Assembly: GCF_039793925.1 (NCBI RefSeq)
Contig: NZ_JBAMME010000199.1
Location: 70,121-134,120 of the forward strand
Direction: 5' to 3'
DNA length: 64,000 nt
Source of the DNA: Thermogutta sp.
GTDB lineage: Bacteria > Planctomycetota > Planctomycetia > Pirellulales > Thermoguttaceae
This document shows positions 37,103 through 50,605 of this stretch, piece after piece. The position numbers and the translations under genes were made by a program. A model generated the notes under the pieces. The model searched no databases and had not been told where the DNA came from. It was given only the letters and a program-made list of their open reading frames with translations. Numbering within the stretch: position 1 is the stretch's first letter; every line of letters starts with the position of its first letter.

Positions 37103-37567
37103 CGCACCACCCTCCAGTCGAGAATCCACCGCTCTGGATTCAATCGTCGCTCTTTTCCCGAGGCGGTTCAAGAACCTGGAGGAGACGCCTCCTGCTTCCG
37201 ATCCGAGGACATCGCCTTCTTGGGGGATCGCTATCCCACGAGGGATGGCTATCCGACCGCCTTTGCGGATTCCTGAGAAAAAGCGTAACATAGGCTAAGA
37301 TGTGTCGAAATAGGTGAAGGATTGCATCGTTCTTCAGGGCCCGAACGGCGAAATCCCCTTCGCCCAGCATGAGGGAACCTCGGCAGACTAAAGGATGAAG
37401 CTTCCTGTGGAAGCGCTTTTTTGATGATAACGATTCCGGAGGCCACAAAACTGAGTGCAGCGGCTTGAGGATTGACGCATTTGCCCCTCGGAATTCGGCA
37501 CTGAGCCTGGCTGAAAACCGCTGTCAAAGAATTGGCCTCATCAAGAGACGGATGATCCAGTTTTGCC

Positions 37568-41113
<3,546 letters not shown>

Positions 41114-41253
41114 AGACAGAAAACTGTCAACTTGCACGGTCGTGTGCACCTTTACGTGTCCGGAGGTTTGCGACATACTGGTTACACTGGACGCGGGCAA
41201 GTCCGCGATGGCGTTCGGCCGGATCACGGTTGAAACCTGGGAGGCGAACACGG

Positions 41254-42072
41254 ATGGCGTGTTTATCTGTTTCCGAAACCACAACGTTCCGCTGGTCTTT
41301 CGAGGAAGATGTCCTGCGGTACAAAGCGGCGGGAATCCCGGCCATCGGTGTGTGGCGGCAGAAGCTTTCCGACTTCGGCGAAGAGAAAGGGGCAGAGTTG
41401 CTGAGCGAAACGGGAATGCGGGTGTCACATCTGTTTTGGGCCGGCGGATTTACCGGCACGGACGGCCGAACATTCAAGGGAGCCGTGGAAGATGCCCTGG
41501 AAGCCGTCCGGACGGCAGCAGAGCTGAAAACCCAGTGCCTTCTCGTGTACAGTGGTGCTCGGGGACTCCACACACACAACCACGCCCGGCGATTGTTTCG
41601 GGAGGCCCTTAAGGAGATGATCCCCCTGGCGCAGGAACTGGGCGTCTTTTTAGGTGTGGAACCGATGCACCCCGGCTGCGCCGCCGATTTTACTTTCATC
41701 ACCGATCTTGACGATTATTTCAAGTTGGTGGATACACTCGGTTCCAACCAGGTGAAGCTGATTTTCGATGTCTATCATTTAGGCGCTGTTCCCGACATCG
41801 TCTCACGGATTCCGCAACTGATTCCCCATATCGCGCTGGTTCAACTCGGCGACGCCAAGTCGCCCCCTAATGGCGAGGTAAACCGTTGCCTGCTTGGAGA
41901 GGGGGCTCTGCCCCTCGTTGAAATAGTGCGGGCCCTCCGTGACAACGGCTACGATGGGTTCTTCGATGTGGAACTGATCGGCGAGGACGTGGAGGCCTAT
42001 TCGTACGATTACCTCCTCGAGCATGCGAAGTCGGCATACGCTCGGCTTTTGGGTGAGGCCGCCAAGGGATAG
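41254..42072 (+). CDS. Xylose-isomerase-like TIM-barrel protein (sugar phosphate isomerase/epimerase family)
   Basis: GGGAGG SD 9 nt before ATG 41254. Typical family features include LSVSETTTFRWSFEEDV, GIPAIGVW, LGVEPMHP, VQLGD and DVELIGED. The R/W-rich 48 aa upstream in the ORF track look non-coding. Confidence 0.7.
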   Translation: MACLSVSETTTFRWSFEEDVLRYKAAGIPAIGVWRQKLSDFGEEKGAELLSETGMRVSHLFWAGGFTGTDGRTFKGAVEDALEAVRTAAELKTQCLLVYSGARGLHTHNHARRLFREALKEMIPLAQELGVFLGVEPMHPGCAADFTFITDLDDYFKLVDTLGSNQVKLIFDVYHLGAVPDIVSRIPQLIPHIALVQLGDAKSPPNGEVNRCLLGEGALPLVEIVRALRDNGYDGFFDVELIGEDVEAYSYDYLLEHAKSAYARLLGEAAKG

Positions 42073-42212
42073 TGAGGCAGAACGCGGACAGCCCGGGCGA
42101 TCCACGGCAAGCTCCTGAGAACACATCGCGAACCTTCAAGAAAGTGCGGTGTCAGTGCTTCTCGGGCGCGCCACGAGTAAAGTCTCCGCGCCGGGGTTCC
42201 CGGTTGGGTCGA

Positions 42213-42415
42213 ATAGCATTAATGAAGCATTATGCATATGTTTTATGCATGGCAAAATGTTCTATGCGTGACACAGCCATTGCGCCCCGTTGCCCGGGCG
42301 TTAAGATAAAGAGAATGGTGTCAGAGCGACTCGCTCACTCTCGAGGACGATTGGCGTTCCCCGCAATTGAAGCGGTGGGAGCTAGCATTTCGGTCTGTTT
42401 AAGATAGCATTTCGG
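42213..42415. promoter_or_regulatory. AT-rich intergenic block packed with short repeats (candidate operator/promoter region for the P-loop protein gene)
   Basis: TTATGCAT at 42230 and 42243, and CTATGCGT at 42262. TAGCATTTCGG at 42383 and 42405 (22-nt period). ATAGCATT at 42213. TTAAGATA at 42301 and 42399. Confidence 0.45.
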
Positions 42416-42534
42416 CCGGGCGTTCCAGCGTAGCGTTGGTCTGCGCGAGCGCAGTGTGCCTATGAAAAGGACGCCCAAACGGTTGTTGGTTCGAAACGAA
42501 ATTTATCGGGACGAAAAGATACGAGCTTACGATC

Positions 42535-44442
42535 ATGGCAGTCGATTTGAACAGTGCAGTGGGAAGTCGGATCGTTGGACCAGAAAGTCTCCTCCGCGTG
42601 CTGCAAACAGCGCGGCGAGTGATTATTCCCGAAAAGCCGCAAGAGCTTTTCGACCTGGCAGTGGGAGGTCCAGAGAGCGATTACTTTGAAGTCGTTTATG
42701 AGGTCCCCGGGAAAGGACTTGTCAAAGAGGCTACCGTAGTCCGGTGCCGGAATGGCATCGCGGTCAATTACACAGAGCCCTATATGCGGCGGCGCGACCC
42801 CGATTGCATGGTGGTGGCGGATGATCGTCCCACCGACAAGCCGCGGTTTCACGAGCGTTTCTCAATTCCTTTTGAGCAGGTGCGGCAGCAGATTCTGGAT
42901 TGGCTTGCGGAACAGGAGCTGATCATTCTGCCGTTTTACGCCGGCGGAAAGCGGTGGGGATTTCAGGCCGCTCTCGTCGCGCCCCTTAACGCGAGTTTCT
43001 TCGCTGGTGCCCTCGCCCTTTTGCAGGAGATGATTCCAGCGGTGGAATTGCCGCAGGAGTTTTGTCCCGAGGCCGTGGTGTTTGTTGCGCCCCCCTTCCG
43101 ACACACCCTCTGCGACGGCAAACAGGTGGTCATTCACCACCGTGGTCCTCCGGTGTATGAGGTTTTTTCGCTGAACCTCTACCCGGGACCCAGCGCCAAG
43201 AAGGGTGTTTACGGTGTGCTCCTTTCCCTGGGAGAAGAGCAGGGTTGGGTGACGCTACACGGTTCCACCGTGCAGGTCATGACGCCTTACGACAACATCA
43301 TGACCATCATGCACGAAGGAGCCAGCGGCGGAGGGAAGAGCGAAATGCTCGAGTATCCGCATCGGGAGCCCGATGGCCGACTTCTGCTGGGAAGAAACAT
43401 CATCACTGGCCAGAAACGCTACATTTCCCTGGTTCAGGGATGCACTTTGTTTCCGGTAACGGATGACATGGCCCTGTGCCATCCGGGCTTTCAAAATTCC
43501 AAAGGGAAAAAACTGGTGGTCTCCGATGCGGAAACCGCGTGGTTCGTGCGGGTTGACCACATCAAGGAATATGGCACGGATCCCTATCTTGAACGCATTT
43601 GCACGATGGCGAAGGAGCCCATCATTTTCCTGAATATCCACGCGGTTCCCCGGGCGACGTGTCTGATTTGGGAACACATCGAAGATGCACCGGGCAAACC
43701 CTGCCCAAATCCCCGGGTAATTCTGCCGCGGCGCTTGGTGCCGAACGTGATCAACGAGCCGGTTTCCGTCGACGTGCGGAGTTTCGGAGTCCGTACACCA
43801 CCCTGCACGCGACAGAATCCTAGCTACGGTATCCTGGGAATGATGCACGTCCTACCGCCGGCCCTGGCGTGGTTGTGGCGGTTGGTAGCACCCCGAGGTC
43901 ATTCCAATCCCAGCATCGTGGATAGCGATTCGCTTCAGAGCGAGGGTGTGGGATCGTACTGGCCGTTCGCCACAGGGTGTAAAGTCGATCAGGCCAACCT
44001 CTTGCTTAGGCAGATTTTGGAGACGCCCGATACGCGTTTTGTCCTGGTACCCAATCAGCACATCGGATGCTGGGAGGTGGGCTTCATGCCGGAGTGGCTT
44101 ATGCGGGAATACCTCGCGCGACGCGGCGGTGCCCGATTCCGGCCTGAACAGCTTAAGCCGGCTCGCTGTCCGCTGCTGGGGTATGCACTCTCCTTCATGC
44201 AGATCGAGGGCACTCAGATTCCCAGTTGGTTCCTGGAAGTGGATTCCCAGCCTGAAGTGGGACCGGAAGCGTACGATCGCGGTGCGGAGATCCTTTATAA
44301 GTTTTTCGAAAGGAACCTCAAAGATTTGGTTTCCATGCCCGGCTTGGATCCCCTTGGTCGGCGGATCATTCGGGCATGTCTGGAGCGTGCTCCGCTCAGC
44401 ACCTTCGAGTCATTGATTCCCTTCAATCCCTACACCACCTGA
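42535..44442 (+). CDS. Large uncharacterised P-loop protein (resembles the DUF4914 / PEP-carboxykinase-like kinase fold)
   Basis: 635-aa ORF with a single Walker-A-like MHEGASGGGKSEM in the middle of the protein. Its length and motif placement match my recollection of DUF4914. Not verified. Confidence 0.5.
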   Translation: MAVDLNSAVGSRIVGPESLLRVLQTARRVIIPEKPQELFDLAVGGPESDYFEVVYEVPGKGLVKEATVVRCRNGIAVNYTEPYMRRRDPDCMVVADDRPTDKPRFHERFSIPFEQVRQQILDWLAEQELIILPFYAGGKRWGFQAALVAPLNASFFAGALALLQEMIPAVELPQEFCPEAVVFVAPPFRHTLCDGKQVVIHHRGPPVYEVFSLNLYPGPSAKKGVYGVLLSLGEEQGWVTLHGSTVQVMTPYDNIMTIMHEGASGGGKSEMLEYPHREPDGRLLLGRNIITGQKRYISLVQGCTLFPVTDDMALCHPGFQNSKGKKLVVSDAETAWFVRVDHIKEYGTDPYLERICTMAKEPIIFLNIHAVPRATCLIWEHIEDAPGKPCPNPRVILPRRLVPNVINEPVSVDVRSFGVRTPPCTRQNPSYGILGMMHVLPPALAWLWRLVAPRGHSNPSIVDSDSLQSEGVGSYWPFATGCKVDQANLLLRQILETPDTRFVLVPNQHIGCWEVGFMPEWLMREYLARRGGARFRPEQLKPARCPLLGYALSFMQIEGTQIPSWFLEVDSQPEVGPEAYDRGAEILYKFFERNLKDLVSMPGLDPLGRRIIRACLERAPLSTFESLIPFNPYTT

Positions 44443-44607
44443 TGGACGAGGCGGCCGTCTTCGAGGAAGAAACTCCGTCGGAAAAGCCGGTGGGAAATAA
44501 CGTTGCGCCGCGATTAAGATCTCGACCGTCCAGGTGAGCATTGTGGTGAAGGCAGCGCTCCGTAGTCGATTTGGTCCGTGCCGACAAATGTAGGCACTGC
44601 GCGAGCC

Positions 44608-45324
44608 TTACGGCTTCGCACTGTCGCCATGAGAGCTTTGTGATTCGGCGAGGAGTTTTTTGAGCGTTCGTTCTATTTCCTTTTCGATGCCTGGCCAGTA
44701 GCCTACCCACATCGCGCGGATTGTCCTGGTGCCGTCGATGAGAATCGTCGTCGGGTATCCCTGAAAACCTGCGATCCGATCAATCTCATTGCGAGTACGG
44801 TAATTCGGATCGGCGTAGGTGGGAAATGCGGCGCCAGAGGAATTGACGAACGAAGACGTGCTGCGACGGAGTTCCTCGATATTCTCCTGAGAATCGCCCC
44901 CGCAGGAGACCGACAGGAAAAGAAATGTGGGATGGTTTTTAAATTCCTCGAAAAGGGCTTTCATGTGAGGAAATTCTTGGCGACAGGGGGGACACCACGT
45001 GCCCCAAAAGTTGATCAGCGTCACCCGTCCGGACAGGTCGGCGGATGTGATGCCCGTGGTGGTTCCGGTGAGCGGCGCGAGTGTGAGCGTCGTCAGCGCC
45101 CGGCCGACCGCCGGATGGTTTTCTCCTACCGGGACTTTTTCCGGACTGAAGGGAGAGTACTTGATGATCACCAGGGCAAAGAGCCCCAGCAGGCAAAGCA
45201 TCGCCAGAATCTGAAAGCCTTTGCCCAACAGCCTAGCGACAGAGAGGATTTTCGAGGGCGTAGGGCTCTCGGTATGCTGCGGTTTTTCCAGCGGTTGAAG
45301 GTCCTCGTGCGGAGGCGAAGTCAT
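44608..45324 (-). CDS. Membrane-anchored TlpA/ResA-like thiol:disulfide oxidoreductase
   Basis: N-terminal anchor helix (FQILAMLCLLGLFALVII) and a thioredoxin fold with FWGTWCPPCRQEFPHM. Confidence 0.85.
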   Translation of the reverse strand: MTSPPHEDLQPLEKPQHTESPTPSKILSVARLLGKGFQILAMLCLLGLFALVIIKYSPFSPEKVPVGENHPAVGRALTTLTLAPLTGTTTGITSADLSGRVTLINFWGTWCPPCRQEFPHMKALFEEFKNHPTFLFLSVSCGGDSQENIEELRRSTSSFVNSSGAAFPTYADPNYRTRNEIDRIAGFQGYPTTILIDGTRTIRAMWVGYWPGIEKEIERTLKKLLAESQSSHGDSAKP

Positions 45325-45767
45325 CTCTGTCCCTCACATTCCGAACAAACTACATATCCGTCCTAAGCGTTATTTTACCGACAAGCTTTTTCCTGAAACG
45401 CCTGTGCGCTGTGCCCGAAGATTGAGAGTGTCGGCAGATTGGAATGCTCTGGCTCGGTGTCGAGATCGGTACCAGAAGCCGCTCCCTTTTTCTGCGACGC
45501 GCCGTCAATTGGACGCCACATCGGCGACAGGGGTCGCGAAGAGCATTATAATTTTCAAGTGGGTGGGTGCGTGAATTTCTGACTTTATGGTGACGCAAAA
45601 TGTCCCGTTTGGCAGACGGTTGTCGCAACGGAGATTTTAGCGGCTGTTGTCGGACACATGTTGTGACGAAATTCCCATTTGGGTGAAGATCACGAAGAAA
45701 GTGGGCGGCGCCAGACCGCTATGGACGTCCCATTCAATTTCGAGCTGCGAAGAATCGGACGGAAGTT

Positions 45768-47126
45768 ATGACTGTTCCCGGCAGCACAAGCTTCGAGCAT
45801 TGTGCCCTCGCCAGTGGCCTGGTGACACGGGAACAGCTTGAAGAGGCCTGGCAAACGCTTCGTGCGAAAGCGGGATTTGCCATCGACGTTCCCCTGGAGG
45901 AGCGGCTGGCACAAACACTCGTCGAACTCGGTTACATTAATGCCTGGCAGGCCAAGCAACTTCTCGAAGGCCGCACGAAGTTTACCCTCGGCCCCTACCG
46001 AATCATCGATTCCATCGGCCGTGGTGGTATGGGGCAGGTTTTCAAAGGGGAGCACATGATCCTCGGGCGGATCGTGGCGGTGAAGGTGCTCCCGCGCCAC
46101 AAGTCCAATCCCGAAGCGGTGGAAAATTTTCTGCGGGAAATTCGGGCCCAGGCCAAACTGGATCATCCCAATCTTGTGCGGGCCTATGACGCCGGGATGG
46201 ACGGAAGTGTCGTCTACCTTGTGACTGAGTACGTCCCCGGCGTAGATATGCGGAAACTCATCCGCCAGCGCGGTCCCATGCGGATGCATGCGGCGGCCTC
46301 AATTATTTCTCAGGTGGCGTCGGCCTTGCAGCACGCTCACGAGCAGGGGCTGATCCACCGGGACGTCAAACCGGGCAATATCCTTGTCACCAACGACGGA
46401 CTCGCCAAATTGTTGGACCTCGGACTCGCTGGTCCGCTCGGCCAGGAGGCGGTCAATGATCCACGCTACGGACGGATCGTGGGCACCGTGGACTATCTCT
46501 CCCCAGACCACATCCGTGAACCGCACAAACCGACGCCGGCATGGGATATCTATTCGCTCGGCTGCACCCTGTATTACGCGGTCACGGGTAAAGTACCGTT
46601 TCCCGGCGGAACTACAGCCGACAAAGTGCGGGCCCATTGCGAATTACGTCCACTGGATCCCCGCCGACTGAACCCCGAGCTGGATGCGGCATTCGTGGAT
46701 GTGATGGCCGAAATGATGGCCAAGGATCCCAAAGAGCGTATTCCCACCGCGGCAGAAGTGGTGCGACGATTGGCCCCGTGGGTCATCACGCCCTGTCCCA
46801 TCGACGAGACGTGCTTTGTCCGCTCGAAATCGGGCAGCAAACGTCGGCTTTATGTGGCCAAGCCACTGACTCCCCCGCCGGTACCACTTCCCGACACAAA
46901 ACCAAGTTTTTCCAACATGCTTCTTCAGGTAGCTGTCGAGAACCAGTCCACCGGGGTGGGTCAGACCACCGCTCGCACAGATGACTTCACCGGCATCTCG
47001 GTGAAACACGAAAGCCGCACGGCCTTCAGCGGGCGAAATCTGCTGGCCCCCCTGGTCTTCTTCCTCCTGATCCCTCTGGGTCTTGTTGTCACTGTCTTTC
47101 TCCTCTGGAAATGGTTGGCCCATTGA
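45768..47126 (+). CDS. Ser/Thr protein kinase (Hanks type) with a C-terminal TM anchor
   Basis: GRGGMGQVFKG, VAVKVL, HRDVKPGNIL, DLGLA, GTVDYLSPD. C-terminal helix LLAPLVFFLLIPLGLVVTVFLLW. Confidence 0.9.
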   Translation: MTVPGSTSFEHCALASGLVTREQLEEAWQTLRAKAGFAIDVPLEERLAQTLVELGYINAWQAKQLLEGRTKFTLGPYRIIDSIGRGGMGQVFKGEHMILGRIVAVKVLPRHKSNPEAVENFLREIRAQAKLDHPNLVRAYDAGMDGSVVYLVTEYVPGVDMRKLIRQRGPMRMHAAASIISQVASALQHAHEQGLIHRDVKPGNILVTNDGLAKLLDLGLAGPLGQEAVNDPRYGRIVGTVDYLSPDHIREPHKPTPAWDIYSLGCTLYYAVTGKVPFPGGTTADKVRAHCELRPLDPRRLNPELDAAFVDVMAEMMAKDPKERIPTAAEVVRRLAPWVITPCPIDETCFVRSKSGSKRRLYVAKPLTPPPVPLPDTKPSFSNMLLQVAVENQSTGVGQTTARTDDFTGISVKHESRTAFSGRNLLAPLVFFLLIPLGLVVTVFLLWKWLAH

Positions 47127-47193
47127 TGAAGGCCACCCTGGATCAGCTGGGCGGAGGCCAGCGCAACGGCCCTGAAGGGGGACGCCCGATCCT

Positions 47194-48417
47194 TCAACGG
47201 TCACCGGGACGTGCTGGCCAACCCTCGAGAGCTGACTGAAGATCGACGAGCTGGTGGACGGCGTTACACAAAACGTCGGCTGCGTAACGAATCTCTTCTT
47301 CCGTATTGAACCGACCAATCCCCACGCGGATGCTTGCCCGGGCCTCCGCTTCACTCAGCCCCAGAGCCAGCAACACATGACTGGGTCGCGGGTCTGCCGA
47401 GCTGCACGCCGAACCTGAGCTCAGAGCCAACTCCGGAACATGAAGGAGCAAGGTCTCGCCCTCGATTCCGGGGAAGCGGAGATTGAGATTCCCTGGCAGC
47501 CGCCAATCCGGCCGGGACAAATCGGGTCCATTAAGTTGCACCCTATCGCCCAGTTGTTCCCGCAGTAGATTGAACAACAAGTCGCGGAGGTGCCGGAGTC
47601 GGGCCATTTCATGTTCCAGATCGGCCAGCGCAAGGGCCACGGCATGGGCAAAGCCTACGATCCCGGGGACATTGAGTGTGCCGCTTCGCAGACCTCGTTC
47701 GTGTCCTCCACCGTAGATGAGGGGTTCTATTCTGAACCCTGGCTGGCGCCGCCGGACGACGAGGGCTCCCACACCTTTCGGACCATAAACCTTATGGGCC
47801 GAGAGACTGATCAGATCCACCTCACGAAGTTCTTCGCGGAGAGGCACCTTACCAAGAGCCTGGACGGCGTCGACGTGGAAAATAATTTCCCGCTGTCGAC
47901 AAAGAGCTGCGATTTCCCGAATCGGCTGCAGCGAACCCACCTCGTTATTGGCGGCCATAATCGATACCAGCCGTGTATTCGGTTTCAAGGCCTCTTCCAC
48001 GGCTTCGGTCAGAACTCGCCCCGCTTGCGGATCGCCCTGTTGGACGGGAGGGATCAGGGTTACTGTATGACCTTCTTCCGCCAGCTTCTCCAGAGGCTCC
48101 AGAACAGAGGGGTGTTCGATCGACGAAGCAACCAGATGAGACCCGGGCGGAAGACATCGTCCCACTCCTAAAATGGCGAGATTGTTGCTTTCAGTGGCCC
48201 CGCTGGTGAAAATCACGTCCCGAGGATCAGCGTCGACGGCTGCTGCTATTGTTTCCCTTGCTTTTTCGACTGCATCTTTCGCTCTTTCTCCAAACACGTG
48301 GGTGATGGAGGCCGCGTTACCATAGTCTTCACAGAAGTACGGCAGCATCGCGTCCCGCACCCGGGGATCGCACCGGGTCGTGGCGTGGTTGTCGAGATAA
48401 ATGGGCGTTTGCACCAT
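47194..48417 (-). CDS. Cysteine desulfurase (NifS/IscS class)
   Basis: IYLDNHATT, FTSGATESNN, PLP-Lys SLSAHKVYGPKG, active-site loop SSGSACSS. Confidence 0.9.
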   Translation of the reverse strand: MVQTPIYLDNHATTRCDPRVRDAMLPYFCEDYGNAASITHVFGERAKDAVEKARETIAAAVDADPRDVIFTSGATESNNLAILGVGRCLPPGSHLVASSIEHPSVLEPLEKLAEEGHTVTLIPPVQQGDPQAGRVLTEAVEEALKPNTRLVSIMAANNEVGSLQPIREIAALCRQREIIFHVDAVQALGKVPLREELREVDLISLSAHKVYGPKGVGALVVRRRQPGFRIEPLIYGGGHERGLRSGTLNVPGIVGFAHAVALALADLEHEMARLRHLRDLLFNLLREQLGDRVQLNGPDLSRPDWRLPGNLNLRFPGIEGETLLLHVPELALSSGSACSSADPRPSHVLLALGLSEAEARASIRVGIGRFNTEEEIRYAADVLCNAVHQLVDLQSALEGWPARPGDR

Positions 48418-48427
48418 CGGGGTCGAC

Positions 48428-49078
48428 TCACGCTTTTTGCTGATCCACTTGTCCAGGGGGGACTACCCCGAAGACACCGGCCAGAGCGATCTGGGACCAG
48501 GTTTCGAACTCTGTCCAATTGTTCGCCAGTTGCTGAGGAGAGGCAAATCCGTGTCCGACGACATCGACTTCGCGCGGTGTCACAACCGGTTTTTCCAGCG
48601 ACAATCGATAGACCACACCGAGATGGACCCGTCCCACCTCGGTTTGGTCGTCATTAATGAGCCCCACGCATTCCAAAGTATAGGGCGAACCAATGATCAC
48701 CTCTTCGCCAATCTCCCTCACCAGGGCCCGGTGAAATGCCTCAGCGCCATTCTCTGCATCTTCGCGGGAAATATGGCCCCCGATTCCGATACTGCGCTTG
48801 AGGCGCAGGCGACTCTCCCCCTGACCGCGTCCCCTGGTGTAGTGAAAAACTTCCCACCCGTCACCGTTCCCCCAGGCAAGAATGGCATACGGAATGATCT
48901 GCTTATAGGAGGGATCTGGTTCCACCAACCGGCGGGCCCGAAAGGAGGTCTTTTTTTCTGAAAAGATCTGGGGTATGTAGCGTTCCACTCGGTCTGTGAA
49001 CCCCTGAAAATACCCTAACTCGTGAAAATAGCTGGTGGGAATGACGAGAACTTCTTCATCCATCGGATCCCGCTGCAT
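48428..49078 (-). CDS. Nudix-like phosphohydrolase (MutT-family-like, atypical Nudix box)
   Basis: GIGGHISREDAENGAEAFHRALVREIGEEV resembles a Nudix box with non-canonical spacing. The start is uncertain (GTG 49168, ATG 49078 or ATG 49063). Confidence 0.5.
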   Translation of the reverse strand: MQRDPMDEEVLVIPTSYFHELGYFQGFTDRVERYIPQIFSEKKTSFRARRLVEPDPSYKQIIPYAILAWGNGDGWEVFHYTRGRGQGESRLRLKRSIGIGGHISREDAENGAEAFHRALVREIGEEVIIGSPYTLECVGLINDDQTEVGRVHLGVVYRLSLEKPVVTPREVDVVGHGFASPQQLANNWTEFETWSQIALAGVFGVVPPGQVDQQKA

Positions 49079-49169
49079 GCTAGCAAACCTCACTGTTTCT
49101 CCGTAATGAAAACGACGGGTTATTGATGGCCGCAGAAGTGCCCTTTCAGCCGAGCCAGAACGTGACACG

Positions 49170-50216
49170 TTATAGGATCAGCATCGCATCGCCATAGCTA
49201 TAAAACCGATACTCTTCCCGAATGGCTTCTTCATAGGCACGCTTGATCAATTCATCTCCACCAAACGTTCGCACCAGAACGAGAAGGGTCGTTTTGGGAA
49301 GATGAAAGTTCGTCATCAGGGCATCTACAATTTTGAACTTATAAGGCGGATGAATGTAGAGGTCGGTTCGCCCGGAAAACGCCTGCAGCTTGCCGCTGGC
49401 AGCAGCCGTTTCCAAAAGTCGCGTCACCGTCGTGCCGACAGCCACCACTCGCCCGCCTTCTTTCCGGGCAGCGTTGATTTCTTCCACGACCTCCGGCGTG
49501 ATTTCACCCCACTCGGAATGCATTTTGTGCTCTTCGATTCGCGAGGTCTTAATCGGGACGAAGGTGCCCAAACCCACATGAAGGGTCACGAAAAATATCT
49601 TGATGCCCTGTTTGCGTAGGGCGTTCAAAAGTTGTGGGGTGAAATGGAGCCCCGCCGTGGGGGCAGCAACGGCACCGGGGACCTGGGCGTAGACCGTTTG
49701 ATAGCGGGTTCGGTCTTCCTCCATCATTTGTCCCCCGCGAATGTAGGGGGGAAGCGGTACCCGACCGACGCGGTCCAGCGTCTGCCAGGTGTCCTCACTG
49801 GTGTCGGGACTGACCAGCCAGCCGCCGTCTGCAATTTTGCCGATGACAAAAAGCTTGATGTCGTCGCGGCCTTCCCGATTAATGAGCGTGATGGTCTCTC
49901 CCGGCCGTAGCTTCCCTCTAGTTTTCCCAATCACCTGCCAAACGCCGCTGGGGTCAGCTTCCACGAAGAGTCCTTCCCAGCGACCGCGGGTCTCGGTCCG
50001 GTAGCCCACTAGCCGGGCGGGAACAACCCGAGTGTTGTTCAGGACTAGCACATCCCCCGGTTGGAGGATCTCAGGTAAATCCCGAACGTGGCGGTGCTCG
50101 ATGCTCTGCGATTGGCGGTCCACCACCATAAGCCGGGCGTCGGCCCTATTCGGCAAAGGCCGCTGGGCGATTAGGTGTTTTGGCAGCGCGTAGTCGTACT
50201 CATTGATATCAATCAT
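49170..50216 (-). CDS. queA: S-adenosylmethionine:tRNA ribosyltransferase-isomerase QueA
   Basis: MIDINEYDYALPKHLIAQRPL, LVLNNTRVVPARL, AAPTAGLHFT, VTLHVGLGTF, AVGTTVTRLLE, LMTNFHLPKTTLL. Confidence 0.95.
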   Translation of the reverse strand: MIDINEYDYALPKHLIAQRPLPNRADARLMVVDRQSQSIEHRHVRDLPEILQPGDVLVLNNTRVVPARLVGYRTETRGRWEGLFVEADPSGVWQVIGKTRGKLRPGETITLINREGRDDIKLFVIGKIADGGWLVSPDTSEDTWQTLDRVGRVPLPPYIRGGQMMEEDRTRYQTVYAQVPGAVAAPTAGLHFTPQLLNALRKQGIKIFFVTLHVGLGTFVPIKTSRIEEHKMHSEWGEITPEVVEEINAARKEGGRVVAVGTTVTRLLETAAASGKLQAFSGRTDLYIHPPYKFKIVDALMTNFHLPKTTLLVLVRTFGGDELIKRAYEEAIREEYRFYSYGDAMLIL

Positions 50217-50605
50217 CGCATTCCCACGCCTGAGCGTGTTGTGGACAGAGTGGAACACCGGGGGTGCAGCCCGTTAGTTCACGGAAGTTCACGGATTTTC
50301 CATGATTGTAGAGGCCCCCAGAGGCGGAGTGTACTGATCTTGTCGGGTATGTTAAACTTGAAGTAATCGACTGGCCCTTTTCCAAATCCCACAGGACTAT
50401 AGCCGCCGACCCACGGGCCAAGTCGGAAAGGATGGGGCCAGGATGCACCTTAGGAACAGATTCTCCTACGTTCTGGATATCCCTAAAATTTCAAGGGACG
50501 TCAGTGCATCATCGATGATCGTGCCACGAGTGAATGGTGGCGCTGAATATTCGATGAGAAATCATCTTGGTAGTGCTTTTACGAGGAATGGCGCGGAGGT
50601 CGCCG

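Noticed and set aside
42072-42407. 111-aa plus-strand ORF in the AT-rich intergenic region
   Set aside because: It spans the repeat-dense AT-rich block, its composition is unlike the neighbouring genes, and it has no RBS or motifs. I treat it as non-coding regulatory DNA.
45540-45552. TATAAT hexamer (about 45546) with CGACAG 17 nt upstream as a possible promoter for the Ser/Thr kinase gene
   Set aside because: It is a single weak -35 match in a 440-nt gap. The promoter consensus for this lineage is not known to me, so it is too speculative to list as a feature.
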